Below are positions 62,801 to 64,000 of a stretch of DNA of 64,000 bases, piece by piece. Source of the stretch: Octopus sinensis (Eukaryota); contig NC_043016.1 of assembly GCF_006345805.1 (NCBI RefSeq), forward strand, positions 5,580,001 to 5,644,000, in the 5' to 3' direction. Each line of letters begins with the position of its first letter. Within the stretch, counting starts at the first letter, position 1. The notes under the pieces are model-generated. The model saw only the letters and a program-made list of their open reading frames with translations, made no database searches and was not told where the DNA came from. Made by a program: the position numbers and the translations under genes.

Positions 62801-64000
62801 CCCGAATGTGCCAATGTGGACATGGAGTAACCGCATCGGGTCGTCCAGATCATACTTAGATAGAGTATTCTGTAGGACAATAGATAAAAATAGTGTAGGT
62901 TGTCCACAATTTCATATAGTCAGTTACACAGATCACAAGTTTGTGACTTGTACACTTGACTTAGATAAGACACATAGGCAGGGTCCTGGTTACTGGAAAC
63001 TGAACGCGTCTTTTACAGCACGACAGGTTTACAGGGACCGGATCAGCATTAGTTAGAGAGCTTTGACGGGTACCATCATCAACAACAGATGGTGGTATGC
63101 CCTAAAAAAAGCAATTAAAGCAGAATCAGTCAGATACAGTAGAGCCCTAGCATTAGACCGAAATAGAATAGAGGGAGAATTAGTTAAGGTTTTAGAAGAG
63201 GCACTTAGAACTGGCATCGCGTCCAACGTGCTGGCGGCGAGATTGGCCCTCGACCAACACCTCAACGCCAAACACGAGGGATGCGTTGTCAGAGCTAGGA
63301 TGCGTGCTCTGAGGAACGAAGGAGTTGGAGCGCCCAAGAGGCCCGAGTGGTGGAGACGCAACGAGGCAACAGAGCCACCATCAAGTCTCTTATAGATGAA
63401 CAGGGGCGCGAATTGCTCGAGCCTAAAAGGATGTGTGGGGCTTTTCAACAACACTTCACCCAACTGTTTGGGACAAGTGGTGAGTCAGAACGCAGAGTGG
63501 ACTTTAGTGCCTACCTGCATGCCTTGCCACGACTCTCAGCAAGAGAGGTGGAGTCTTGTGAAAGGCAGCTGCGGACGTACAGGATGCGATGGTAGGCTGC
63601 GCGAGAGACAAGTCACCAGGCTTGGATGGTCTGCCCTACGAACTTTATTTTCATATGCCAGACTTGTTTGGAGGCGTCTTGGCAGCTGTCTACTGCAACT
63701 GGCAGCAAAACGGGAGTATTCCTGCTTTTGTAAAGCGAGGAGCAGTGGCACTGATTAAGAAAGACCCAAACAAGGGGGACGTCATAGATAATTTCAGGCC
63801 CATCACTCTGCTCAACGCAGATTTGAAAATTTGGCCAAGGTGTTAGCCGAGAGGTTGGCGCTTGTCATCAAGAAACTAATCGACAAGGCGCAAACATGCG
63901 CCGTGCCGGGTAGAAGTATTCATGACAACCTCCATCTGATGCGCTACATCATAGACAGGGTAGTTAAGAATCCTGGCATGGGTGGGGCGCTGATCAATTT
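59900..64000 (+). mobile_element. Tx1/L1-clade LINE: 5'UTR, ORF1 (CCHC) and ORF2 running off the window, decayed
   Basis: VVVDGRRPRCYICGSEQHLKKDC (~61225-61300); ORF2 start MLRIGSINVRGL (62258); LVGDWNA, SYLDRVF, TDHKFV, GYWKLN, KSPGLDGLP, NFRPITLLNAD. Confidence 0.92.

Overview
Eukaryotic, repeat-saturated window with no convincing host protein-coding gene. It is most likely an octopus or other coleoid cephalopod genome, inferred from expansion-rich GC-rich 18S fragments and abundant tRNA-derived SINEs of octopus type; no database search was run. Contents: (i) a mosaic of decayed 18S rDNA/5'ETS fragments fused to Tx1/L1-clade LINE fragments (1-5730); (ii) many Tx1-like LINEs, including a head-to-tail array (19.8-28.4 kb), a 5'-intact copy running off the right end (59.9-64 kb) and at least two ORF1-only derivatives (37.3-40.4 kb); (iii) several Penelope-like (RT plus GIY-YIG) remnants and about nine hammerhead-ribozyme motifs or half-motifs of several sequence families, mostly in short non-coding inverted-repeat units; (iv) RTE and CR1-like LINEs, two mariner copies, a TA-flanked MITE, a non-autonomous tRNA-Trp-primed LTR element, a rearranged Gypsy remnant, Helitron-like units, SINEs and microsatellites. 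Most listed ORFs are microsatellite or antisense artefacts. The best leads are the hammerhead-bearing inverted or permuted repeat units, the ORF1-only Tx1 elements and the rDNA-Tx1 fusions. All alignments and folds were done by eye, and coordinates of decayed elements are approximate.
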